DNA of 63,923 nt, filler included, from Squatina squatina (GCA_031763465.1; 3 parts of 3 records of this genome joined end to end with filler, not necessarily neighbours in it), one strand, 5' to 3'; counted from the whole stretch's first letter, positions 51,429 through 63,272 are shown. Notes: generated by a model from the sequence alone, not told the origin. Made by a program: numbers and translations.

Positions 51429-52366
51429 AGCCAGTTGGAAGCGAATGTGGCATTCATCGTATGGAATTTAATTCTGAATACAGAACAAGGTTGGAATACA
51501 GTTGGCCTCATGCTGATGACACTGATAGAAAGTGTATGGTCCCTCTTTCTCTGATTTCCAAACAGACTTCCTGTTTATCACAGATATCAAAGGGGGAAAC
51601 TACTAAATGTCTCAGCAATCTGTTTGTCTTGGCAGTAGTTAATAAGCCTATTTTTCTTGCAGTTCTTTTTGAATAGCATCATTCATAATTTGGTTATACA
51701 TTCATTAAATTAAAGACACATGTTAAGCATACCATCCGAGCTCGTTCACAACATAGCAATTACATGCTTGATTTTTAAAATAAAATCAGATTTGAAATTA
51801 CTTTTGGCAGTAATTACATTTTATTGCCTTGGATCTGGCCACGCTTGTTCAAACCAGCCATAAATAAACGGACTGCAAACATTCAATTATTGCGTCGCTC
51901 GTTCTTCACACTGGAGCTTTTTGTTCTCGAGCGTCAGCCCCAGTGGGAAGGGTTGAGTGTCAGAAAAGAAAGGCGAAGGTGTTCTTAAGCGATGGGTGCG
52001 ATTGCATGGTGTTGAAAGAATAGAATCTGAGTGGGAGGGTAATGAGAATAAGAAAATGCAGCGGGGAGTTTCTAGAAAGGCCAGTGTGATGCAGATCCTA
52101 GCCTGTCATGTTGCAGATACATTAGGAGAGGGCCTTTTGACCGCAGCCATGCGATTCTCCTGCTGGTGGCAACGTACTCAAGGCCAAAGGGTTCCTCAGC
52201 GCTTAGACAACATCACAGGCCCACTTTCTCTCGGGTGTCACAAGCTCAGTGACCCGGATTCCTCACAGTGACCCCGATGCTCGCCTGGTGGTCGGAGTGC
52301 CACTATTGAAGCTAATTACATTTTGGGATTAATGGAATGATGGTGACATCAGCATCACTTCCTGAT

Positions 52367-52442
52367 ATAGAATCATGGAATCATAGAATAGTACAGCACA
52401 GAGAGGGCCATTTGGCCCATCGGGTCTGACCCATCTCTTTCG
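52367..52442 (-). mobile_element. CR1-type 3' tail
   Basis: atagaatcatggaatcatagaatagtacagcacagagagggccatttggcccatcg. Confidence 0.7.
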
Positions 52443-54354
52443 NNNNNNNNNNNNNNNNNNNNNNNNNNNNNNNNNNNNNNNNNNNNNNNNNNNNNNNNNN
52501 NNNNNNNNNNNNNNNNNNNNNNNNNNNNNNNNNNNNNNNNNNGGGGTGAGGCACAAGAGGTGCCCCTGGACCTTTGTCCCAGCAGCCTACACCTTCAGGA
52601 GAAAGTGCAGAGAAAAAAAAAGGAAAAAAAAAGAGAATTGGGTTCTTGATAAGCACCACGAAGCGGCGGCAAACAGTTTAGCGTGTTTAAATGCAATATG
52701 ACAAGGTTTGATGGAAAATTGTGAAATCTTCTCTGTAACCACCTTGAATAATCAATAATTTAACATAGAGAGAATATTAAGCTTTAGACACAGTAACAGC
52801 TTCTGGAAATCAATTTTAATACAGTCATTTCTGTGGTATTCTGCAGTGAGTGAGTTCTAGTTGCCAATATAATGAAACCCAGGTCACATTTTCTAATCAT
52901 TTTAAAAGATCACTTTGACACGTAAGTCATACACTTGTCCTTCAAAGTGATTTTTCAAGAGAACAGCAGTCAGATTTGCATCGACACTGCTTAAACATTT
53001 ATGAAGAGCTCTCATTTAAGGTCTTTAAAATATGAAAATGGGTCTTGTTCTGTCTGTGCCCTCGGCGTAAAGTGCCTCTTTTATTTCCTTTACTTCTCCG
53101 TTCCAAATTGCATTCGCTGTGGAGCAAGGATCAACCAAGCAGATGGAGCGATGNNNNNNNNNNNNNNNNNNNNNNNNNNNNNNNNNNNNNNNNNNNNNNN
53201 NNNNNNNNNNNNNNNNNNNNNNNNNNNNNNNNNNNNNNNNNNNNNNNNNNNNNCGTTGACATCATCTCAACCTTGCCATTTGACTTTCAAGTTATGCAGA
53301 ACGGTTGGAGTTGAACGGGCACAATGAGCAGAGAGGGACGACGCTTCTTGGTGTCATCATTACCTGCGAGAAGCTGTAATAATTGACTGACATGGAAAAT
53401 AAATTTTTAACGTCGGAGCTAAGGTGCTTTCCCCCTCAAACGTTACCGTCCTCTTGAGACCCAATTTGCAGTTCCTGTTTGGAATACATAACAATACATA
53501 TGGACATGTCACGGTAAGTAAACTGTGGTAAAAAATGACGTTCGTTAAATGGCTGGTGATCTGCACTCCTATTGATAAGCGTGTCTCTCTTTCTGTTTCA
53601 TCAGCTTTTCCCTTAGAATGACTCAAAATTTACATTGACAGCTTGCACATTATAATTGATGACACTATAACAGAGATCCCTCTACTGTAAAGATCTGTTT
53701 GTTGGTTTATGTGATTCGAGTACATGCCAGTTCACCATAGCTCCCGACACATCAAATTACATCAAATCTACAACACAGAAATAGGCACAACTGGTTTCTA
53801 CTCTCCAGGAACCTCCTCCCGCTCTAATTGCCTCTTCCTACCTAGCCCCCATAGCCTTCCATTCCCTTCTCCCTCTTACATGCATCAAGCCTCCCCTTAA
53901 ATGTGCCGGTGCTCTCTGCTTCAACCACGCCATGTGGCAGTGAATTGCACACGCTCGGCACTACTTTTCAAGTGCAGCCACTGTTGTTCTGGAGCGTTCA
54001 GACGGCTGCCAATTTGTCCGCCTCAAGTTCCCACAGCAGCAATGGGATGAATGACCAATTACAGTCCCCATGGCGTTCAGCAGGCACATGCAAACAAACG
54101 CGATTTTCCTCGCCACAGGCAATGGGCCGGTGGAACACGTTGGCAGGTTACTATACTGGGAGTTAATTACAGTAGTATCATTTAATTTGCTGTCTGTAGA
54201 TTTAATCGTTTCCTGATTATCTCATGGCATTTCCATTCACAACCGAGAAGACGTTTCATCATCAAAGTAAAGATAAGTCTTCAGATTTCATGTGTTTTCT
54301 GACACGATGAAAGTGGTGCCTGTTTCCTCAAAAAAAATATAGTAGCAGACTTGC

Positions 54355-54592
54355 GGAAAAATAAAAGCACTGCGGATGCTGGAACTTTGAAATAAAAACA
54401 GAAAGTGCTGTAGATTCTCAGCAGGTCAGGCAGCAAAGGTTTGAGATGTTAAAATCGAGTTTATTCCATGGCTGATTAAAACCTGTTACATCTCTAACTT
54501 TTTCCACTTCTGACGAAAGGTCATCGACCTGAAACTTTTTAACTCTGCTTTTCTCCCTCCACAGATGCTGCCTGGCCTGCTGAGTATTTCCA
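54355..54592. mobile_element. PLE-derived terminal repeat, copy C, with inverted partial duplicate; hammerhead motif at 54506-54544 (+)
   Basis: ctcagcaggtcaggcagca (54417-54435) is inverted relative to tgctgcctggcctgctgag (54566-54584); CTGACGA-A-AGGTC-ATC-GACCT-GAAAC at 54510-54535. Confidence 0.7.
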
Positions 54593-54789
54593 NNNNNNNN
54601 NNNNNNNNNNNNNNNNNNNNNNNNNNNNNNNNNNNNNNNNNNNNNNNNNNNNNNNNNNNNNNNNNNNNNNNNNNNNNNNNNNNNNNNNNNNNCGGCATGG
54701 ACTGGTTGGGCCGAATGGCCTGTTTCTGTGCCATATAACCTATGTAATCTTCAATATAGTGCCGCGGGATGCGGGGAGATCAGACGGAG

Positions 54790-54938
54790 AGTAACGTCTC
54801 ATCCGAAAGACGGCAACTCCGACAGTGCAGCGCTGCTTCAGTACTGCATTGGAGAGTCAACCTAGATAAATGCTCAAATCTCTGCAGTGGGATTTGAAAC
54901 CATGGGAGAAATGAAACTGTTACCTACTGGGCCACAGC
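54790..54938 (-). mobile_element. Deu-SINE core and head
   Basis: aacgtctcatccgaaagacggcaactccgacagtgcagc...cagtactgca; homologous to 63103-63272. Confidence 0.75.
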
Positions 54939-57213
54939 NNNNNNNNNNGGTTGGATTGACAGGTCAGTTGAAAATGAATCGAGGCTTGTTTTTAATCAAA
55001 GTAAAAATCATCCGAAACGTCTTTTTTAAAGCGCGCTACAGTACAAACGTTGTGTGTTTGCCTTGCACTTTGCAGTTAATTGCTATGTTGTCAGTGTGGC
55101 ATTCAGCACTAATCATGTATTCAGCACTAAGCCACGGCTCCAAATGGAAAATGCCCCATGAGGCAGACACACTTGAGTGGAATTTGCNNNNNNNNNNGGC
55201 ACAAAGGAAGGTCGCTATTAAATCAAGTACCGAGGTGGCATGAAATCGCACAGCCTCAAGTGTTTGCAGACTGGCAGTAAATGTTGACAATAAAAGTAGC
55301 CCCTATTATTCCAAACAGCGGGACCAGTAGATGCTTCTTGTAAACACATCAGTCTCATTGTGCAGTTTGTTTACTTTTAATGATGCATTACTTTAAGTCC
55401 TACCCCTAAAACATGACAATATTAATAAGAGTTAGCAGTGATTACTTTCCGACTGTTGAGTAATGGGTACAGCCCAGGTTNNNNNNNNNNNNNNNNNNNN
55501 NNNNNNNNNNNNNNNNNNNNNNNNNNNNNNNNNNNNNNNNNNNNNNNNNNNNNNNNNNNNNNNNNNNNNNNNNNNNNNNNATTATAAAGACATGCATGCA
55601 TGCATCATATAAAGAAATTGCATACCTCGCACGATCAGGAAAGGAAATTTATTGAAATTGATAAAATATTGATCTTGGTGAGATTGACCTTCTCTCTACA
55701 CCATGTTGTAATTAGCCTATGTTTCAAAATATTTTTGTCTCGATCCAGACATGCATGCTTACTCAACACCCAAAGAGTTGGACTGAGGTGCACGCAGAAC
55801 AGTACTCGCCGATATTTAAAAAAAAAAATAATTATTGAGCTTTCCTCAGGCACTGTGGATGGACACGGTGCTGTCTGTTTCAGTCCCACTTTCTATAGCC
55901 TTCAAATCTGACCAAGGACCTTTGTGTGCTCCCAGCAGTGTATTCTCAAGCTAACCACAAGAGGTGAATCCGATCAAGGAATCAATTCTTGATCCTCTTT
56001 CATTGGCTTGCTGTTTCCTATCCTTCCTGTCTCCAGACTAAAGTCGAAAGATCAGGTAAGATGGAGTGTAATCACAAGTGTTGTGTAACAAGGTACAGCT
56101 GACAGGTGCTCTTATTGGTATGGAGAGGATGAGTGCACTGCAGGATCACTTAAAATCAGGCAGAATTCATACCAGGGATGGTCTCTTGTTTTAACATCCA
56201 CAGAATGNNNNNNNNNNNNNNNNNNNNNNNNNNNNNNNNNNNNNNNNNNNNNNNNNNNNNNNNNNNNNNNNNNNNNNNNNNNNNNNNNNNNNNNNNNNNN
56301 NNNNNNNAATGAAATCAACTGAACTGTTGTCCCTTTTTTGATGCAACTGACGATCGAACAGTGTCGAGTAGCAAGATTGGCAGCCCGACTCGAATCATCA
56401 GTCAGTGCCAAAGGCTGTGATTGAATTGATTCTGCCATGATCTGATGCTTGAAGTATAAAAGTAATGAATTCACTGTAAACTAAAAAGCCCTACAACCAT
56501 GGTTAATTTATTCATTAGCATCTGAAGAAAATATAATTAAGTCAGGCTTTCTTTTTCTAGTCTTCATTACAATTTGGCCTGTTTTTATTTTTTCTCTGCG
56601 TTCAAGGCTCACAAAATGAATCAGTCTTCATGAAGTTTTAGCTATGCTTTGAAGAGAAGGGGGAGAAATAAAGGAATCCAGTTTTTGAGCCAAAGTGACA
56701 TTGATTAAATGAAACTGTTTGGTAAAATAAATGACATGAAATGTATGATGAGTTAGCAAGATAAATCACACCTTAAAATGACTGATCATATGATCAATCA
56801 CAATAGTGGCTGCTGTATATCTGGCAATGGGGATCAGGACAAAAGTTAAAGACCCAATCAGGAATATGGAGCAAAACCCCTTAAGGAATGTATTTTAATC
56901 TATTGTAATTCAAGCTTGAAGAAAAAGGAGCCTTGGTGTTTTATCATTTTAATTAATGTTTGCTTTTTATTTGGCTCTTGTTATTGTTTGTTTATGTATT
57001 TATAGAGTGGTTATACTAATAATGTCTCCCAATGTGCATTACATGTTAAGCATCACTTTATCATGTATTAGGTTAATAGAAATTGGTTTAAAGGCACTGG
57101 TGTGGAACCAGTGTAATAATGGCTGATGCAATTTTTACTTATTTCTAACTAAATTCAAATTTTAATTCCTTCGTGCCCACAGTTGTAATATCCCAAAATG
57201 ATTTTTTTATATA

Positions 57214-57912
57214 GGTCTGGATTTTGCAATGCTAATGGTGGTGGAACTATTAGCGTACCCCATTATTACCCTTCGAAAACTGACCGTAACTTCAGGATTT
57301 AGTGCGTGCATTGATAAATGAGGAAATCCTGAAGTTGCGGTCAGTCATTCCCAGCTCCGCCACAGGTTGTGCTGTGGAACTCCCCAGAGCTCGCAGTCAC
57401 TGACATCACTTGGACTGACAAAAACTTCCCACTTTTCAGCTCTAATATCGCTGTTTGAAAAACCCATTAAAAAATTAAGCCTTGTTCAAATGAGATGGAT
57501 CTGGGTTTTTAACAGCATAATGACTGCTGAACAACTGATCTTGCCCTGAAAAACTAATTTTATATTTGTGGAATCTCAATTTTCTCCATTATGATAAAAA
57601 TTACTAAATTTTTAAAATAATTATTTTTACACTGTTTTAAAGTTTGTTTATGATATTTCAAGTTCTACCTTAACCTCATGTGTATGTCCAAATCTTTATT
57701 TAACTCTGTAAAAAAAAAATTAAAAGTGAATGATAAACGCTGCTTTTTATTTCCTGGTTTGCTGTCTGTGAGAATTCTTCAATATGATCGGTTACTGCCG
57801 ACTGCTGGATATCCCCTTTTGATAGCACTGCATAGCATCAAGAAAGCTAACGTATTCGCCACAGAGATCGTGAGATCTTTGTGGGCAACTTTCTTTGAGG
57901 TCAGCGTCAATC
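57214..57912. mobile_element. Probable MITE-like repeat containing a long hairpin (boundaries uncertain)
   Basis: Starts ggtctggattttgca after a TA; contains a 22-bp inverted repeat at 57279-57345; runs into a gap. Confidence 0.35.
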
Positions 57913-58739
57913 NNNNNNNNNNNNNNNNNNNNNNNNNNNNNNNNNNNNNNNNNNNNNNNNNNNNNNNNNNNNNNNNNNNNNNNNNNNNNNNNNNNNNNNN
58001 NNNNNNNNNNNNATCGCAGTTTCAAAGAGCCGGCACAGGCAGAATGGGACAAATGGCCTCCTTCTCTGCCATTCTACGATTCTATGATTCGAAGATCAGC
58101 CATGATCTAATTGAATGATGGGGAAGGCCCAAGGGGCTGAATGGTCTACCCTCGTTACTATATTACTATGAATGTGAAATGATGCGAAACATCTCTGACA
58201 GATATGATAAGGCACTGAATAAACGCATGCACTTTCTTTTGAGTTTAGCTGCGGCTTTGGGTAAGAGGCAAAGCCTACTGCAGAAAGGAAACAGAGCTTC
58301 TTCCAATCCTGATTTCAGTGAGCGATTCCCAGACTTGGGCTGAACAAATCCAGATTCAGCAAGCTTAATTCCGCCTACTTTGTTTATGGGCCAGACAAAT
58401 TCCTCCTTGAGGGGTTTGAAGGCCTGCATGACCGCTCAATAACTACGGCTCGGTCTGTGATGTGTGTCAACCGTCAGAAGCAAAAAAAAAAGCTCCGTTG
58501 ATTGACAGCCCCATGGCTATGGGTTCAGAGAGCGATAATACGTGGCATGTCAAGATGTCAAAAAGAAGTGAGCGAGCAATAGCTTAAACTGGTAGGAAAA
58601 GGCCTGTCTTTTTGAGTTTCTCCGATACCGCCCTATTCCNNNNNNNNNNNNNNNNNNNNNNNNNNNNNNNNNNNNNNNNNNNNNNNNNNNNNNNNNNNNN
58701 NNNNNNNNNNNNNNNNNNNNNNNNNNNNNNNNNNNNNNN

Positions 58740-59093
58740 ATTTTTGAGCCTCATGAGATCCAAAGGTTATGGGGAACAGGCAGGAAAGTGGAGTTGAAGT
58801 CAGAATAAGGGGCCATCATTTAAGACGGAGATGAGGAATTTCTTCTCTCAGAGGGTCATGAATCTTTGGAATTCTTTTCCCCAGAGAGTTGTGGAGGCTG
58901 AGTTATTGAATGTATTCAAGGCTGAGATAGACAGATTTTTGAGCATCATGGGATCCAAAGGTTATGGGGAACAGGCAGGAAAGTGGAGTTGAGGTCAGAA
59001 TCAGATCAGCCTCATTGAATGGTAGAGCAAGCTCAAGGGGCCGAATGGCCTACTCCTGCTCCTAATTCCTATGTTCTTATGTTCTGTTCTTAT
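58740..59093 (+). mobile_element. CR1 (HER1-like) 3' end with 195-bp tandem duplication
   Basis: NFFSQRVMNLWNS..FKAEIDRFL..KGYGEQAGKWS, then the 3' stem-loop and tatgttct repeats. Confidence 0.9.
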
Positions 59094-59500
59094 GGTTCGA
59101 GGCTCCCCTGCCAGGGGAAACATCCTCTCTGCATCTACTCTGTCGAGCCCTGTTAGAATTTTGTATATTTCAATGAGATCACTTATCATTCTTCTAAACT
59201 CTTGAGAATATAGGCCTAGTCCACTCAACCTCTCCTCATAGGACAATGCCCCCAGCCCAGGAATCATTCTGGTGAATCTTCGTTGCACTCCCTCTATAGC
59301 AAGTATATCCTTCCTTAGATAAGGAGACCAAAACTCTACACGATACTCCAGGTGTGGTCTCACCAGGCCCTCTAATTGCAGTAAGACATCTTTACTCTTA
59401 CACTCAAATCCCCTAGTAATAAAAGCTTTCTTAATTGCTTGCTGTGCCTATATGTTCACTTTCAGTGATTTGTGTATAAGAACAACCAAGTCTCTCTGAA
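59094..59500 (-). mobile_element. CR1 LINE ORF2 C-terminal fragment
   Basis: RPHLEYRVEFWSPYLRKDILAIEGVQRRFTRMIPGL..SYEERLSGLGLYS..RRMISDLIEIYKIL. Confidence 0.92.
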
Positions 59501-59507
59501 CACCAAT

Positions 59508-59790
59508 ACAAAAGCAAAATGCTGGAAGCTGAAATAAAAGCAGAAAATGCTGGGAATACTCAGCAAGTCAGGCAGCATCTGTGGAGAGAGAAACAGGGTT
59601 AACATTTCAGGTCGATGACCCTTTGTCAGAATTGGAAAAAATTAGAGTTGTAACAGCTTTTTAAGCAAGTGTAGGGACAAGGAAAATGGAGAGGGGAGGA
59701 AAGAACAAAAGGGAAGGTCTGTGCACCATCATCCCTTTTGTATCTTAATCTCTTCTGCCTTCTACCCTATCACAGACCTTCCCTTTTGGC
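59508..59790 (-). mobile_element. PLE-derived terminal repeat, copy D (mutated hammerhead at about 59597-59633)
   Basis: Homologous to copies A and C; perfect 17-bp inverted repeat at 59707-59723 / 59771-59787. Confidence 0.7.
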
Positions 59791-60140
59791 CTTTGCTCAC
59801 CAACCTTCAGTGTCCCATCCTACATAAGCTCCGACTCATCCAAAACTCAGATGTTTGTAGCCACTTCATTTCACCCATCACCCCTGACCTCACTGATCTC
59901 CACTTGAATTCAAAATTATTGTCCTCCTTTATATGTTCCTCCACAGGTTTAGCCTCACCCTATTTCTGCAATCTTCTTCAGCCCTATGTTCCAGCCCTCT
60001 GTCTTTCGGCCCTCTAATTGTAGTCTCCTGTGCATTCTCACCTCCCTTTGGTGGCAGATCCTTCTGTTGTCTCAGCCCTGGCTCTGCAACACACTCTCTA
60101 AACCCTTCTGCCTTGCTACTTTTCTCCTCTCCTTTAAAAG
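59791..60140 (+). mobile_element. Decayed L2-clade LINE fragment
   Basis: HKLRLIQNS...SPITPDLTDLH..GLASPYFCNLLQPY. Confidence 0.7.
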
Positions 60141-60259
60141 TCTATCTATCGCTTTGACAGTGCTTTTGTTTATCTCTCCAATATCTTCCAATACTGCTCA
60201 GCATTTGTTTCTCCTCAAAGACTTTTACAATCTCAACTACTACTAATAATGCTATTACA

Positions 60260-60867
60260 TCTTGCATACATATATGACGTAGAATAATGTCCCAAGCTTC
60301 CTCAAAGGGGCATAAACAAAAAAATGAAGGTGAGCCAAAGAAGGAGTTATTCGAAGGGAAACCAAAAGCTAGATCAAAGAAATGGGTTTCAAGGAAGTTT
60401 TTAAAGGAGGACCAGTAAGTGTTTAGAGAGGTAATTCCAGAATATGGGGCCTCAGTAACAGAAGGCACAACTTCCATTGGTGGGGTAAAAGGAGTGGTGA
60501 CGCACAAGAGGCCAGAGTCAGTCTAATAAAGGCATCTGGGAGGGTTGTAGGACTGGAGGAGGTTACAAAGATATGGAAGGACAAGACCATGAAGGGATTC
60601 AAACATAAGGATGAGATTTTTAATTGGAGGCTTTGGCGGATTGGGAAGCAATGTAGGTCAGCAAGGGCAGTGGCAGTGGCTGAGCAGGACTTGGTGCAGG
60701 AGAGGATATGGGTAGCAGAGTTTTGGGTGGTTGGACTATTACAGTGGGTGAAGAATAGGATGCTGGCTTGGAGAGCATTGGAATCATTGAGTCTAGAGGT
60801 GAGAAGGGCATGGATTATTGTTTTGGCAGCAGATGTGCTGAAGCTTAGGCAGAGGTGCATGATGTTA
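60260..60867 (-). mobile_element. L2-clade LINE 3' fragment
   Basis: AAKTIIHALLTSRLNDSNAL...QNSATHILSCTKS...LADLHCFPIRQSLQLKI. Confidence 0.85.
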
Positions 60868-60986
60868 TAGAAACATAGAAACATAGAAAAATAGGTGCAG
60901 GAGTAGGCTATTCGGCCCTTCGAGCCTGCACTGCCATTCAATATGATCATGGCTGATCAGTACCCCGTACCTGCTTTCTCACCGTA
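60868..60986 (-). mobile_element. CR1 (HER1/HE1) 3' tail
   Basis: Near-identical to 13996-14072. Confidence 0.8.
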
Positions 60987-61086
60987 NNNNNNNNNNNNNN
61001 NNNNNNNNNNNNNNNNNNNNNNNNNNNNNNNNNNNNNNNNNNNNNNNNNNNNNNNNNNNNNNNNNNNNNNNNNNNNNNNNNNNNNN

Positions 61087-61132
<46 letters not shown>

Positions 61133-61462
61133 ACACTCTGTTCCCAATGCACATATATGGCCCGAAGATCTGGATTAAGTGCCGGGATCCGCCTGCCTAG
61201 GACCGCCAATCTTGACTCTGCCAAAAGGACAGTCAAACTGAGGTCTCTTCATTAGCATGGATCTGGTGGCATCTGTGTCAGGAGTCCCAGCAGAAACCAT
61301 TCCATTTTTGGAGGGAGAGTGGATGATGCGGGAGGGCCCAAACAGGAGAGAAAGTGTTTTTGTTGGGACGTAGTATTTATACATTAGCAAATCTAGTACT
61401 TCATCATTTTTCAAGAAGTTCTCCAACAATAAGACAACGTCCCCTTCCCACCCATACTGTAA

Positions 61463-61552
61463 GAACATAAGAAATAGGAGCAGGAGTAGGCTATTTGGCC
61501 CCTGGAGCCTGCTCCGCCATTCAATAAGATAGTAGCTGATCTTCTACCTCAA
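61463..61552 (-). mobile_element. CR1 (HER1/HE1) 3' tail
   Basis: agaacataagaaataggagcaggagtaggctatttggcccctggagcctgctccgccattcaat. Confidence 0.8.
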
Positions 61553-61859
61553 CGGAGGGATGGAGTCAGTAGCTAGGGAACAGGGTTTATGGCGGGGACC
61601 AAAGACAATGCTACGATCTTCCCAATATTTAATTGGATGAAATTTCTGTTCATGCAGAACTGTATATTGGACAAGCAGTGTGACAAATCAAAGCCTGTGG
61701 AGGGGTTGAGGGAGGTGGTAAGGTAGAGCTACGTGTCGTCAGTGTACATATGGAACAAGAACAGGTTTGTCCATGATTGACCACCACATAAACTAAACTT
61801 AGAACAAACAATGAAAGGAACCTAATTAAGCTAAGAAAGCATAGCTATAACAGCTAAAA

Positions 61860-62250
61860 TTTGTATTTATATAGAGCATTTAATGTAGTAAAATGTCCCA
61901 AGGCGTTTCACAGGAGTATTATAAGACAAAAATTTGACACCGAGTCACATAAGGAGATATTAGGACAGATGACCAAAAGCGTGGTCAAAGAGGTAGGTTT
62001 TAAGGAGCATCTTAAAGGAGGAGAGCAAGTTAGAGATGCGGAGAGGTTTAGGCCGGGAATTCCAGAGCTTTGGGCCTCGACAGCTGAAGGCACGGCTGCC
62101 AGTGGAAGAGCGATGAAAATAGGGGCTGCGGGAGAGGCCAGAATTGGAGGAGCGCAGAGATCTCAGAGGGTTGTAGAAGGTTACAGAGATAGGGAGGGTC
62201 GAGGCCATGGAAGAATTTGTAAACGAGGAAGTGAATTTTAAATTTGAGGC
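61860..62250 (-). mobile_element. L2-clade LINE 3' end
   Basis: FKIHFLVYKFFHGLDPPYLCNLLQP..LRSLRSSNSG..RAFSCRGPKLWNS..SSFKMLLKTYLFDHAF. Confidence 0.9.
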
Positions 62251-63102
62251 CCATGCAAACTAGTGGGAAAGCAGAATCGAATTTTATTTGAGGCCAATGA
62301 GTCTCCACGCAATGCACCGAAATGGCTCAGGAAAACTCGGACTATTATGCTCATAAGTGAATTCGACACCAGTGTAGCCCAGTTCCGCTTAGTATCGATT
62401 AACTAAATACAATAATGATTTGTATACATGAACACAATTCGACAAACTAAAGGGAGCAGCTGTACTTAGATTAAATATACATTTCGCACGTGCATTCGAC
62501 CTGGTAGCTTTTAGAAAATCGTTCCATTGGTATGTGTGCAATTTTGATGCATCTTTAAAACAAACATGCTGTTGAGTGACATATAAATATTTATAAGCAG
62601 ATGGCATTGAAGTGCAATCTAAACCTGTGATTGATAGTTTGAGGTGCCTCACTTAAAGGCTTTGAAGATATCAGATGCTGTCTTATCTGAGCACAGGATG
62701 CTATAAATAAGCTAAGAAATGAGATATTTGAGAAACACTGGGGATAGAACTCGAACTGTCCCTGCGTGAGGGAAGAGAAAAGGATCAGCCCGAGTTCCTG
62801 GCTCCGACAGCTACACAGTGTCTCCCTGCTGGAAGGTGCACCAGTACGGGGTGAGTGCTGGACGGCCCGCTATAAGGGAACACTGTCCAGCCTCGCACAT
62901 GGACAATGGCGTGAGGTAACGAAGGGCCTGCTGGGGCCCATGAAACTGTGCCTCAGCAAGAAGTAAGCACCTTTAGGGGAAGAGCTGAATTGAGGGCAAA
63001 ACNNNNNNNNNNNNNNNNNNNNNNNNNNNNNNNNNNNNNNNNNNNNNNNNNNNNNNNNNNNNNNNNNNNNNNNNNNNNNNNNNNNNNNNNNNNNNNNNNN
63101 NN

Positions 63103-63272
63103 ATGAGGGAGCAGATGGGGGCCTTGGTTTAATATCTCATCCAGAAGATAGCACCTCCGACATTGCAGCACTCCCTCAGTACTGCACTGAAGTGCCAGCC
63201 TAGATTTTTGTGCTCAATTCTCTGGAATGGGACTCAACGTCAAGGGTGCTATCAAATTAGCTACTGGCTGAC
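63103..63272 (-). mobile_element. Deu-SINE core and head
   Basis: ggtttaatatctcatcc..agcacctccgacattgcagcactccctcagtactgcactgaagtg. Confidence 0.75.

Noticed and set aside
61087-61132. 46-nt poly-C run (poly-Pro/poly-Gly ORFs, G-quadruplex)
   Set aside because: Sits at a contig edge next to a gap; typical of poly-G artefacts from two-colour Illumina chemistry.
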